Source: Lepidodermella squamata (taxonomy: Eukaryota; Animalia; Gastrotricha). From it: a stretch of 16,716 bases of DNA. Position 1 is the first letter of the stretch; every line of letters begins with the position of its first letter. The stretch is from assembly GCA_047495785.1 (NCBI GenBank), contig JBLDXI010000146.1, positions 1 to 16,716 of the forward strand. Reading direction: 5' to 3'. The notes beneath the pieces are model-generated. The model did not search any database, had not been told where the DNA came from, and saw nothing but the letters and a program-made list of their open reading frames with translations. The position numbers were made by a program, and so were the translations under genes. Positions 1 through 9,672 of this stretch are shown in pieces.

Positions 1-47
1 ACTTCACCAATACGAAAACATCACACTAGTCATTCAAAATCATAAAG

Positions 48-1878
48 ATGTACAAAAAGTCACTTCTGATACATTTTGGGCTGTCTCTTGTATTTAACCT
101 TGTCGATTCGGCTGAAATAAAAGGACTGAATCAAAAGCTCTTGGTGATCTTATTTGACGGATTCCGCAGACTCTATTTAACTGAGAATGACCTGCCAACT
201 TTTAAGGCCTTCGGAGCAAGTGGACTGATTTCCGAGCTTACTCGAAGCGTCTTCCCGAGCGACACCTTCCCTAATCACTGTAAGCAAATACTTCATGTTT
301 TTAAGTTTTATCAGTGGTTTTGCAGGGTCTATTGTTACTGGAATGTATCCTGAAAGCCATGGCATCGTCTCCAACAGCTTTTACGATCCGAAATTGGACA
401 AAACATTCAACGTCTCCAGCCACGATACCGCATTCTGGGATCAAGCTGAGCCTATTTGGATCGCAGCACGACGAACAGGTAACAAACGAACTGCATCATC
501 ATATTGGCCCGGTTCTGCTGTCAAATTCGAGTTGGGGTATCCTGACTTCTATACAACGGTCTACAACGACAAAGTGCCGTTCGAAGAAAGGATCAATGAA
601 ACGGTTCGCTATCTTTCGAAAGACAACGTCGACCTAGCTCTGCTCTACCACAATGAGCCAGATTTCACCGCACACTACAATAACCTTGAATCTGACGTGG
701 TGAAAAAAGTTATCAAAGCAGCGGATGATTACTTCGCCAAGCTTCTTAAATACCTGGAAGAAGCCGGTCTCAGCAACGAGAACTTGAACATTATCGCCCT
801 TGCAGATCATGGAATGGTCAGCATTGAGAAGTTTTTATACGTGGGTGATTACGTTGATATGGCGAGCATTGAATATGTAAGTTGAATCTCTTGAATGACC
901 ATGAATCAGGTTCCACCATGAACATACCAGTAGTTGTAAAGCGAGCCATATTGTAAGCGCTGTTGAGTAACTTGGATTTACTCAATAGAAAACCCTGAAA
1001 ACTGAAGACGGTACTATTATCCGTTCAGGAATTTTCGATAGCAAATGTATTGGATCGGATTGCTTCCGAACGTCGTACCCAATTTCATTTCACAACATTT
1101 GGAATGAGATGCTTAAGTTGTCAAGTCTTTAATGGTCAAATATTGTGCCATATTTTAGTTTTTCTTTCTTGTATTTTCTTAACTTCCGCAATTTATGAGA
1201 ATTATCTGTGAATTGTTTGCAGCCGGACATGTATGGTGCCTATATGGGGGTAAGACCCAAAGAAGGCCGGACTAACGAGGTAATGGCTAATTTGACAAAA
1301 GCAAGTCTGGAAACCGGCCTCTTCAATGTCTATTGGAAGAAAGAAGTTCCGTTCGAATTACATTTTTCAAACAGCGACAGAATACCCGAAATAATGATAT
1401 TGTGTAAAATCGGCGTTTCCATGGATAGAGTAAGCACTGTTCAACTTTCATCATTGTTTACCGCTTAATGTATTCCTATCATTCCCAGTCAAATAATTCG
1501 ACTTTTAAGTCCACTCATGGGTATGACCCTAAGGAAACCGTTATGCAACCTCTTTTCATGGCTCGTGGTCCAGCTTTTAAACAAGGTGGCTACAAAGTGA
1601 CTCAAATGTTCGAGACGAAAGATATCTACGCAATCATGGCATATGTTACTGGTATTCAACCCGCTGCTACTAACGCTAGCCTCGAACGAGTTCGAGATCT
1701 CTTTGCTGTCGACCCGTTTGACCCGTCGGCTTCGACTTCCAATCAAAGTACAATCAAATCATTATCCGGCTTAACGACAGGAAAATCACATGCTGATTAC
1801 TTAGCATACAACCCTGCTATTATGTTGATAGTTATGGTTATTAGTTTTCATTATAGGTCGGTTTTGCCGAGCAAATGA
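48..1878 (+). CDS. ENPP-family (type I phosphodiesterase/nucleotide pyrophosphatase, ENPP4/5/6/7-like architecture) paralog A; 4 exons: 48-279, 326-876, 1223-1429, 1489-1878 (459 aa)
   Basis: Splicing at GT-AG introns 280-325 (46 nt), 877-1222 (346 nt) and 1430-1488 (59 nt) joins the ORF pieces in frame. This rebuilds the motifs FDGFR, TFPNHWSIVTGMYPESHGI (catalytic Thr), EPDFTAH, ADHGM and HGYD...MQPLFMARGPAFK. N-terminal signal peptide and hydrophobic C-terminal tail (TM or GPI signal). Confidence 0.92.
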
Positions 1879-2087
1879 ATCTTTGCCATTTTTTGTTGCG
1901 CAGCAAGTGCATTTATGTTTGTGTGTGTAGCTGTTCATCATTCGTTTTTTATTGCCCGTCGATGCGTCGCTTCGTCAATCGGTCAATTCGTCGACAAGTG
2001 ACTTATCGGTATCAATTTCATTAGCCACTCTTTCGGGTGCGTCCATAATAAAGACGTCCAGCTAAAAAGGCATTTTGTGGCTCAATG

Positions 2088-2206
2088 TGCGCGGGAAATT
2101 TTCGAAAAATGACAGTTAATTGCAGGAAAATTTGCTAAAATGGATCAAAATTAGCGGGAAATTTTGAGAAAGTGCGCGGGAAATTTCGCAGGTTTTGCAG
2201 CCCTGT
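2088..2206. repeat. Short degenerate repeat cluster of GCGGGAAATTT-like units
   Basis: GCGGGAAA at 2091-2098, 2154-2161 and 2176-2183, plus variant GCAGGAAAA near 2122; lies just upstream of the MULE remnant. Confidence 0.5.
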
Positions 2207-2236
2207 CTGGCGTAATTCCCGGCCGTTAAAATTGTT

Positions 2237-2870
2237 TTGCAGGCTGTCAACCGTCATGTTTGCGCATATGGATTGCAGGGTGCAAACAACAGCAATCCGA
2301 TGGTGAAAAGATGGGGCAAATATCTGCCCGCATTGCGCTTCTACCGCTTGATCTTGTTGCAGGCTCCTTCTGTGGCAGAAAAAAGAGAACGGCCTAATTC
2401 AGCTTTACGAATATTTCGAAAATAATTATGTTGGATTATATCGGCATAAGGTGGTTAATACCAACCCGTGATTCGACACGGCACTCTGGAAATGTTAAGT
2501 CCGTGTGTTGCCGGCCTCAGACAACAAGGCGGAGGTTTGGCACAAATCCTTCCAGGAATTTGTGGGTAAGCCCCACCCGTCACCGTACGAAATTATTTCC
2601 TTTTTCAAGAAGGAGCCGGATCTGAGTGATGGCCGACTCATGGCTGGGCTTAGTGGGCTACCCTTCAAGCGGACCTACCCACAGGTAGAGAGGCATAACA
2701 AAGCGTTGAAGAAAATCTGCGAGGCAATTATTGATAACCCTATTGCTGACTCTGCTACCCTCGAAGCTTACCTGTTTACGATTAATTCGCCTTTTGGACT
2801 CAAGAAAGCTAAATATCCGAACACCCCGATTGAGTTTTTGTTGACGAATTTACCCTCCAATAATAAATAG
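2237..2870 (+). mobile_element. Degenerate Mutator-like (MULE) transposase remnant, C-terminal part, with frameshifts and stops
   Basis: Successive frames give QAVNR..GL...LPALRF, then LDYIGIRW, then ALWKC*VRVLPASDNKAEVWHKSFQEFVGKPHPSPYEIISFFKKE. This follows the order of animal MULE motifs (QAxxR..GL, ALxFxP, LDYF..W, LWN...PRTNNxxEGWH...VG..HP.....I..LK.E). No TIRs or TSDs identified. Confidence 0.7.
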
Positions 2871-3076
2871 CGCGCTTTTTGTGTAAGTACGTGGTTTTAT
2901 TAGCGCTGTTTCGACGTATTCGCTGTTTTGTCGCATTTGCTGTTTCGTGACTATGATGTTATGACATTACTCTGAATGCCTTAAGCCTTAATAAAATTAA
3001 AAATTAAATTTGCGTGTTAGAACTGCAATAACGCATTTTTTCAGCTGTTCCTTAAAAATACATACTATATTGCTTG

Positions 3077-4916
3077 ATGCAAGGCTTAACTCATCAATGC
3101 GAATATATCACACTAGTCATTCAAAACAGTGAAGATGTTGTATACAAAACGTCACTTCTGATACATTTGGGGCTGTATCTTGTAATTAATCTTGTCGATT
3201 CGGCTGAAATAAGAGGGCTGAATCAAAAGCTCCTGGTGATCTCATTTGACGGATTCCGCAGACTCTATTTAACTGAGAATGACCTGCCAACTTTCAAAGC
3301 CTTCGGGACAAGCGGACTGATTTCCGAACTTACTCGAAGCGTCTTCCCGAGCGACACCCTCCCCAATCACTGTTAGTAATTGATTAAAGTTTTATAGTTC
3401 CACCATTATATTTGCAGGGTCTATTGTTACTGGCATGTATCCTGAGAGCCACGGCATTGTCTCTAGCAGCTTTTACGATCCAAAATTGAACAGAACATTC
3501 AACGTCTCCAGCACCGATACCGCATTCTGGGATCAAGCTGAGCCTATTTGGATCGCAGCTCGACGAACAGGTAACAAGCGAACTGCGGTATCGTATTGGC
3601 CCGGTTCTATGGTCGAATTCGCGATGGGGTATCCTGACTTCCACAGAGCGGTTTATGACACCAAGGTGACATTCGAAGAAAGAATCAATGAAACCGTGCG
3701 TTGTTTAGCGATAGAAAACGTTGACCTGGCCCTCCTCTACAACAACGAGCCGGACTACGTCTCACATCAGAATAAACCGCAATCTGATACGGTGAAAAAA
3801 TCTCTGAAAGCAGCGGATCAATACTTGTCCAAGATTCTTCGCTATTTGGAAGAAGCCGGTCTCAACAACGAGAACTTGAACATAATCACCCTTGCTGATC
3901 ATGGGATGGCTATCATAGAAAATATGATATTCATCGGTGATTACGTTGATATGGCGAGCATTGAATATGTAAGTTTTAATATCATTTCCTGCTGTGTGTC
4001 TAATATCCCAAAAGTTAAAACACTTTGCTGGAAAATGATCTACATCCCTCATCCATGCCTCATCCTATAAGCGCGATTTTACTGATTAAAAACAATAATT
4101 TAGCGGAAAACCCCGAAAAATCCAGTGGTATCTGGGCTAGACTTACATTACCTAATATCTCCATCGATATATTGTTTCGGATTTTTTATTTCCAACGACA
4201 ATAGTCAATTCTCATGGCTTGGGTTTGAATCTATTTGGTCATTGCATACTATTTTCGTACTTCCGTTACTTTGTGGTAACTTGTTTGTAGCCGAACATGT
4301 TTGGTGCCTATGTGGGGGTAAGACCAAAGGTAGGACGAGCTGATGACGTTATGGCTAATTTGACAAGAGCAAGTCAGAAAACTGGCCTCTTCAATGTTTA
4401 TTGGAAGAAAGACGTTCCGCTCGAGTTACATTTTTCAAACAACGACAGAATCCCAGACATTATAATCTTGTGTAAAGTCGGGGTTTACATGCATAGAGTA
4501 AGCAATTCTAATCATTTTTTGGCCACAGTATGTCTTCCAATCATTTCTAGTCAGCAAACTCGTCTGGCAGCTCCTCCCATGGATACGACCCTAAAGAAAC
4601 CGTTATGCAACCTCTTTTCATGGCTCGCGGTCCAGCTTTTAAACAAGGTGGCTTCAAAGCGACTCAAATGTTCGAGACGAAAGATATCTACGCAATCATG
4701 GCATATGTCACTGGTATTCAACCCGCTGCTACTAACGCTAGCCTTGAACGAGTTCGAGACCTCTTTGCTGTCGACCCGTTTGACTTTTCGATTCAAACTA
4801 TAACGACAAAATCGTTACCATGGTGGACGACTTCCCATGAATTACCCTCACTTGCGTATTTTATCTTTTGCGCATCACTTTCGCTCACATGTGTTATCAC
4901 TTGTGTATTTTTCTAA
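3077..4916 (+). CDS. ENPP-family paralog B; exons 3077(?)-3371, 3418-3968, 4291-4497, 4551-4916; start codon uncertain
   Basis: Same intron positions and phases as paralog A: introns 3372-3417 (46 nt), 3969-4290 and 4498-4550; internal exons are the same lengths (551 and 207 nt). Motifs FDGFR, TLPNHWSIVTGMYPESHGI, EPDYVSH, ADHGM and HGYD intact; hydrophobic C-terminus. The ATG matching paralog A's start (3135) is out of frame; an in-frame ATG lies at 3077. Confidence 0.85.
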
Positions 4917-4964
4917 TGAAATGACGCCAAACATCATTTTCGTAGCTGAAAGCTGAATTCTTAC

Positions 4965-4970
4965 TTTATT
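4965..4970 (-). terminator. Putative polyadenylation signal AATAAA of pLGIC-1
   Basis: TTTATT on the plus strand about 32 nt past the stop at 5003; mirrored at 15364-15369. Confidence 0.6.
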
Positions 4971-5002
4971 ATATTTCAGAAGGGACGATGAACTCACGCT
5001 TT

Positions 5003-6214
5003 CTATGGCTGAGATGTCATAGAAATTGGAGTAACATCAACATAACTGAGTGCAAAAACATGAATAGCCATAAATGCGATAACAGCGATAAGAAGAGCAA
5101 AAAAGTCCACTAACCGCCTACGCGATAATCGATATTGTGGTTTCAGGTGTCGAAAAAGCACACCGTTGAAGTACTCAGACTGTGAAGCGATCAAGCCACA
5201 AAAAACCAAAGAATACACAGTGCAAAGAATGGAAAACATAGCGAGCAGATCAACATAAGTTATCAGATAAATGCGTTGAGGTTTCACTGGCAGCCGAGTC
5301 AACGCTTGGTCGTGAAACATTGTAACAGCTAGCAGTAATAGTGCTTGAAATATTGGTCTCTCAATTTTGTTCGGAGGAAGTAATAGAGCAATAATTTGCA
5401 AAGCTGCCAATACACAACAAGGATTCATAATGTTCGAAACGTAGAAAGAAGGATTCCTTTCAAAGGTGAACTCAAATGAGGCTAAACTGGCATTTTCGCC
5501 ATTCAACTTCAAAACGTCAGTGTAATTGACAGTCCTGAGGAGAAACCAGTTGTCAGACGAGTCTAAAAGAAGTCGACCAGGAACAAAGCTTAACTCGGCT
5601 TTAGAAATCACTCCTCCTTTGGTGGACTGCTGAATTATAAATTCAATAGAGCAGGTTTGAGAATCATAAGGAAAATCGGCCAATTTCATCTTACAAGTCG
5701 ACCAAAAGTCACCGAAGTAGAGATAGTCGAAACTCATCATTCCGCCTGAATCGATTTTCATGTAAAATTGCTTGGTAAATGAGTCGAAGTTGCCGCGTGA
5801 GTTGTAGTTGTGAACTAGAGGCCGCCAGAAGAAGCGTTCATCGATGAAAATTGTAGTATCTTTGTCTTGCATATAACCAGGGCAAGGAATTTTCCAGGAA
5901 AGGCGTAACGAGCCGCTAACAGCGAAAGTCTCTGCAAAATCGTCGATGCCAATTAGCTGATGCGGAGTAAACGTAAGTGTTGTGTTAACGGAATTGCAGA
6001 GCTTCACGTCCTGGAAATACGCCATGAAGGAACACGTTGGCGATGAGTATTCTGGCGAAAGGTGAGGGCAGGCTTTCAGGATATCTGCTGTTTTTCCCCG
6101 CGTTACTTCATCAATAATTTCCATTGTAGTTTTCGACTGCATTGTTGTTCTTGTAAGAATATTTGAAACGAAACAGCTGAGAATACTCAGAATAACCAAA
6201 TAAATTTCAACCAT
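5003..6214 (-). CDS. Intronless Cys-loop ligand-gated ion channel subunit, divergent nAChR/5-HT3-like (pLGIC-1, 403 aa from first ATG)
   Basis: Signal peptide MVEIYLVILSILSCF, FWRP motif, Cys-loop CKMKLADFPYDSQTC (C-x13-C with FPxD), pre-M1 ERNPSFYV, four hydrophobic TM segments, M1-M2 linker LPPNKIER. The ORF track starts at a TTG (6262); first ATG is 6214. Confidence 0.92.
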   Translation of the reverse strand: MVEIYLVILSILSCFVSNILTRTTMQSKTTMEIIDEVTRGKTADILKACPHLSPEYSSPTCSFMAYFQDVKLCNSVNTTLTFTPHQLIGIDDFAETFAVSGSLRLSWKIPCPGYMQDKDTTIFIDERFFWRPLVHNYNSRGNFDSFTKQFYMKIDSGGMMSFDYLYFGDFWSTCKMKLADFPYDSQTCSIEFIIQQSTKGGVISKAELSFVPGRLLLDSSDNWFLLRTVNYTDVLKLNGENASLASFEFTFERNPSFYVSNIMNPCCVLAALQIIALLLPPNKIERPIFQALLLLAVTMFHDQALTRLPVKPQRIYLITYVDLLAMFSILCTVYSLVFCGLIASQSEYFNGVLFRHLKPQYRLSRRRLVDFFALLIAVIAFMAIHVFALSYVDVTPISMTSQP

Positions 6215-6613
6215 GCCTATTGAGTATGAAAACTTCAAAATTATACTGGCTAATATTTGCAAATTAGCTGTTGTTTTATTTTTGCTGTGAATGCCTAAGG
6301 GATCACACTGTAAGCGGACTGCTTTGTTACACGGTCAGTCCTTAAATAATCGATTTTTTGATAGTGCAGCTTTTAAAAGCCTTCAGGCAAACATTATCGA
6401 CGTAAACTAAGTGACGTTTTGCATAAAAGGGAGAGCAAGACTAAATCTACTACGCGGACCAGATCTGACCTGGTGAAAAAAGCCGCTAAAAAATAGCAGC
6501 GGAAACTTTTTCCTATATCAGCTCTTTTAAATTTAATTTGCCAAGTCCGGTGTAAGGTGTGAATTTTATTTACTGAAACTCGCATTACCCTACACAGGTA
6601 AATTACTAAATTC

Positions 6614-6619
6614 TTTATT
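6614..6619 (-). terminator. Putative polyadenylation signal AATAAA of pLGIC-2
   Basis: About 41 nt past the stop at 6661; mirrored at 13715-13720. Confidence 0.6.
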
Positions 6620-6660
6620 CACCTTATCCCGATTGGACACCCTTTCGGCCACACGACTAG

Positions 6661-7815
6661 TCACGTAATTCGCAATACAACCGAGAAAAAGTAGACGTTG
6701 ACGAGAACATAAAGGACCAAAGCAATAATGAAAACGAAAAGGTCAAGCAATCGATTGAACCTAATGGATAGAACGTTGATCCTCAGGCACAATCTCTTCC
6801 TCAAAAGGTCAGGTCTTTCTTTGAAAATGCCACACGCTATGATCGAGTATACAGCGCATGACAGGGAATGGAAAAAACAGAAGTCTGTGTACATTGACAT
6901 CAATGTTCTCTGCGGTTTCGGTGGGATAAAATTTAACATCTGGCATTGTAGTATGATCATTCCTAACAAGATAGCTGTCTTCAGTATCGCCCGTTCTGGT
7001 AGGAAAGGTGGTAGAAAAAATGCGATTAGCTGCATTCCAGATAGCACGCAATAAGGAAGCATGAAATTTGTAACATAAAAAGTTGGATTTCGGCGGAATT
7101 TCATGCTGAAAATTGCCGCTGCTCTTTTTATCTTGTCCATGTCCTTCGTGTCATACCAATCTTCGTAATTCAGAAACGTCCAGTCGAATTCTTCATGGTC
7201 AGTTTTGAAGTGGTTGTCCTTCTCAAGCCTCAGCTCAGTTTGAGAAAATTTTACTGCTTTCGCGTTCTCCTGCATCAAGAAATTTACGTTGCATTGATGG
7301 GAATCGAGTGGGAAGTGACGAAAATCGAGATCGCACGTCGAAACTACGTGGCCATAAAGAAACAGTGCGAAGACCAACTGCCCTTTTGCATCTACTCGGA
7401 CAGTAAAAGTCCGCAAAAATCCGTCTAGAAACCCGAAATTATCACGCGAGTTTTGCTGGTAGATATGCGGAGTCCAGAAGAGTCGTTCATCCAAATAGTA
7501 AGCGGTATCTTTCTCCCAGCCATGCTTCTTACATGGAATAATCCACTGGAAGCGGATTGATCCGGATAATGACATAGTTTCAGCAGTTTGATCGATCGAG
7601 TTGAGCCGTTCAGGCTGGAGTCTTACTGTAACATTGACTGGATAGCAATCGGGTCTTCCGATTAGAGGACAGCTCGGGGAGTAAGTTTCAGGGGTCAACA
7701 TTGGGCAAACTGTTAGAAGATGCGCCGTCACGTTCTTCGTGCTATTCTCAATAACATCTTGAACAGACTCGGCGGCCACAAAAATGACCATGCTAGCAAA
7801 AACAAGATACCGCAT
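6661..7815 (-). CDS. Intronless Cys-loop ligand-gated ion channel subunit (pLGIC-2, 384 aa)
   Basis: Signal peptide, FWTP, Cys-loop CDLDFRHFPLDSHQC, RRNPTFYV, linker LPPFLPER, 4 TM segments, RLLD at start of M4. Confidence 0.93.
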   Translation of the reverse strand: MRYLVFASMVIFVAAESVQDVIENSTKNVTAHLLTVCPMLTPETYSPSCPLIGRPDCYPVNVTVRLQPERLNSIDQTAETMSLSGSIRFQWIIPCKKHGWEKDTAYYLDERLFWTPHIYQQNSRDNFGFLDGFLRTFTVRVDAKGQLVFALFLYGHVVSTCDLDFRHFPLDSHQCNVNFLMQENAKAVKFSQTELRLEKDNHFKTDHEEFDWTFLNYEDWYDTKDMDKIKRAAAIFSMKFRRNPTFYVTNFMLPYCVLSGMQLIAFFLPPFLPERAILKTAILLGMIILQCQMLNFIPPKPQRTLMSMYTDFCFFHSLSCAVYSIIACGIFKERPDLLRKRLCLRINVLSIRFNRLLDLFVFIIALVLYVLVNVYFFSVVLRIT

Positions 7816-7923
7816 GGTAGTCAGAAATATTTAGCAATTACAGAAAATGATAGCCGCACGTACTCATGGGCAAGATTTAATGGCTTGAATGTTTACTCAG
7901 CTTCGCATCCACAGAAACCAGTT

Positions 7924-7929
7924 TTTATT
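7924..7929 (-). terminator. Putative polyadenylation signal AATAAA of pLGIC-3
   Basis: About 40 nt past the stop at 7970; mirrored at 12405-12410. Confidence 0.6.
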
Positions 7930-7969
7930 ATGATTTAACTTGAACCAAATGACAAGTACATATAGTAAG

Positions 7970-9097
7970 CTAGCGTATGAAAATCACCAGCTGTAAACTA
8001 ACGAACAAAATAGCGGCGAAAGATGCGACCGCTAAATCGAGAGCTCTAATGTTTGATATGGTCATGAACTTATGAACTCGATTCGATGTCCATGATTTGA
8101 ATTTTTCTTCGATGAAGCAACTTAAGAGGCAGTAGATCGTACAAGCCCATGCAATTAGGCAACAACCAGACGTGTAATACTTGATCAAAATTCGTTGAGG
8201 CTTGATCGGAATTTGGTTGAGTATTTCGCCTTGGAAGAATGTTAGTGCCAAAAGAATGGTCACCGCGAAATTCGCCCGTTCCGAATGGCCGGGCGGGAGA
8301 AGGAAAGCTGGGATTTCCAAAAATGTTAGAAACGCGCAAGGTGCCATTAGATTTTCGATGAAAAATGAAGGGTTTCGGGTCATTGTTATTTTGAAGACGA
8401 CCCTGCTCCTGTTGCCAGTTATATTCACTACACCGATGCTCCCATTGTAGCTTTTCAGCGCCCAATTATCCCCTTGACCGATGAAGTCGGGAGATATCGA
8501 AATATCTTGACTAGCGAAGTAGACAACTGCTGCTAAATCCTGTATAACGAATGATATTTCGCAGGTTTGCTCGTCGAACGGGAAGTCTTCGAAAGCCATG
8601 GCGCAGTTTGACGAGAATACGCCCATTATCTGCATGACAAAGCCGCGGTATTTAACGTCGGGTGTAAAACCCGAACGCATGAAAACTCGACTGGTGAAAC
8701 TGTCCCCAGCCATTCCAACATTTGAAATTGCGTTTTCATGAGTAATTCTCGGACGCCAGAATTTATCACCGACGTAGCGAAATCCAGTCATGCTGGTGGT
8801 TAAGTTATCACAGTAGACCTCCCATTTCAGCCTTAAAGAGCCTGCGAAGTATGAATTCTCCTCCACGTCATCAATGCCTTCGAATGTGTCCAGAATCAGT
8901 TGAATTTGAAGTTTTGTAGGCATGCAACTTTGATCAGTTGCACCAGTGCAATTTGGCGTGTACGCTTCATGCCAAAAGTGAGGGCACCGAGCCATTAGGT
9001 CGGCTTGTACAGGTTCCAACATGGACAAATAGTTTAAGCCATCTGCTTTGACGCTAATGACAACCATTAAAATCAGAGAGATGCTTGACAGCTTCAT
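7970..9097 (-). CDS. Intronless Cys-loop ligand-gated ion channel subunit (pLGIC-3, 375 aa)
   Basis: Signal peptide, FWRP, Cys-loop CAMAFEDFPFDEQTC, TRNPSFFI, nAChR-like M2 SERANFAVTILLALTFFQGEILNQIP, 4 TM segments. Confidence 0.94.
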   Translation of the reverse strand: MKLSSISLILMVVISVKADGLNYLSMLEPVQADLMARCPHFWHEAYTPNCTGATDQSCMPTKLQIQLILDTFEGIDDVEENSYFAGSLRLKWEVYCDNLTTSMTGFRYVGDKFWRPRITHENAISNVGMAGDSFTSRVFMRSGFTPDVKYRGFVMQIMGVFSSNCAMAFEDFPFDEQTCEISFVIQDLAAVVYFASQDISISPDFIGQGDNWALKSYNGSIGVVNITGNRSRVVFKITMTRNPSFFIENLMAPCAFLTFLEIPAFLLPPGHSERANFAVTILLALTFFQGEILNQIPIKPQRILIKYYTSGCCLIAWACTIYCLLSCFIEEKFKSWTSNRVHKFMTISNIRALDLAVASFAAILFVSLQLVIFIR

Positions 9098-9664
9098 GTC
9101 ATAAATAATCCAACTTTGGGAACTGCCAACAATACCGAAATTTTTCAGAGTTTGAAACTGCAGCGACTATTAACTTAATTCTGCGCAATCAAGTATTGAT
9201 GTTTTCATGCTCGCGGCAGCGCAGTCGCGAATATTCCGATTTTGCCCTTGAAATTGCCATGTGAATCATATTTCCGTATTAAAAAAACCCATTATCCATC
9301 ATATGTAAGCTAATTGTAATCATAATTCAGTTGAGGGCTGAGCACTGGGGGGGTCCTAAAACGCCATAGAACTCCGCTATTAATCAAGCAAACACTGACT
9401 AGTAATCGGCCATCAGGTCTCGGTTGAACTGTATTTTTACCCGGCAGCCTTACTATCAAAGTCTATTTTTATAATTTTTACTTTTTATACCGTGTATTCT
9501 ATTTTTAATTTTTAATTATCCCCGGAACTCGAAAAATCTTGCTTATTCTCGTACGATGATGCTTCCATATGCACACATAACAAATAGCGGGAATCGAGGG
9601 CCCGAGACAAAGTAAAAACCCAGGTGAGATATATTTTCAGAGATCCAGACCTTAGTACGGTGCA

Positions 9665-9672
9665 TGACGTCA
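9665..9672. promoter_or_regulatory. Perfect CRE/ATF palindrome TGACGTCA upstream of pLGIC-3 (mirror copy 10662-10669)
   Basis: Exact 8-mer consensus about 570 nt upstream of the pLGIC-3 ATG; no functional evidence and could be chance. Confidence 0.25.

Noticed and set aside
48-4916. ENPP ORF fragments as frameshifted pseudogenes or separate small genes
   Set aside because: Canonical GT-AG introns at identical positions and phases in both paralogs join the fragments in frame and restore all catalytic motifs.
5003-6214. Assignment as nAChR alpha subunit from the CC pair in NPCCVL
   Set aside because: That CC lies in M1, not loop C; no YxCC motif, so no gene symbol was assigned.
6215-6262. TTG-initiated 16-aa N-terminal extension of pLGIC-1 (also 14072-14119)
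   Set aside because: Artefact of alternative-start ORF calling; the first ATG (6214/14120) gives a proper signal peptide.
6316-6502. Short hairpins (GGACTG...CAGTCC; CCGCT...AGCGG) as ncRNA or terminators
   Set aside because: Stems of only 5-6 bp, expected by chance; no tRNA, rRNA or CRISPR-like structure seen anywhere in the window.
6394-8465. Small overlapping or antisense ORFs (e.g. 6394-6585, 6728-7054, 6809-7051, 7195-7428, 7720-7938, 8070-8465, 8202-8450) and their mirrors
   Set aside because: No recognisable domains. Arm differences are mostly synonymous in the receptor frame, and some ORFs (6394-6585, 7195-7428) are lost or shortened in the other arm.
5003-9097. Prokaryotic operon of GLIC/ELIC-like channels or horizontal transfer
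   Set aside because: The proteins have the eukaryotic C-x13-C disulfide loop and AATAAA signals, and sit beside spliceosomal-intron genes.
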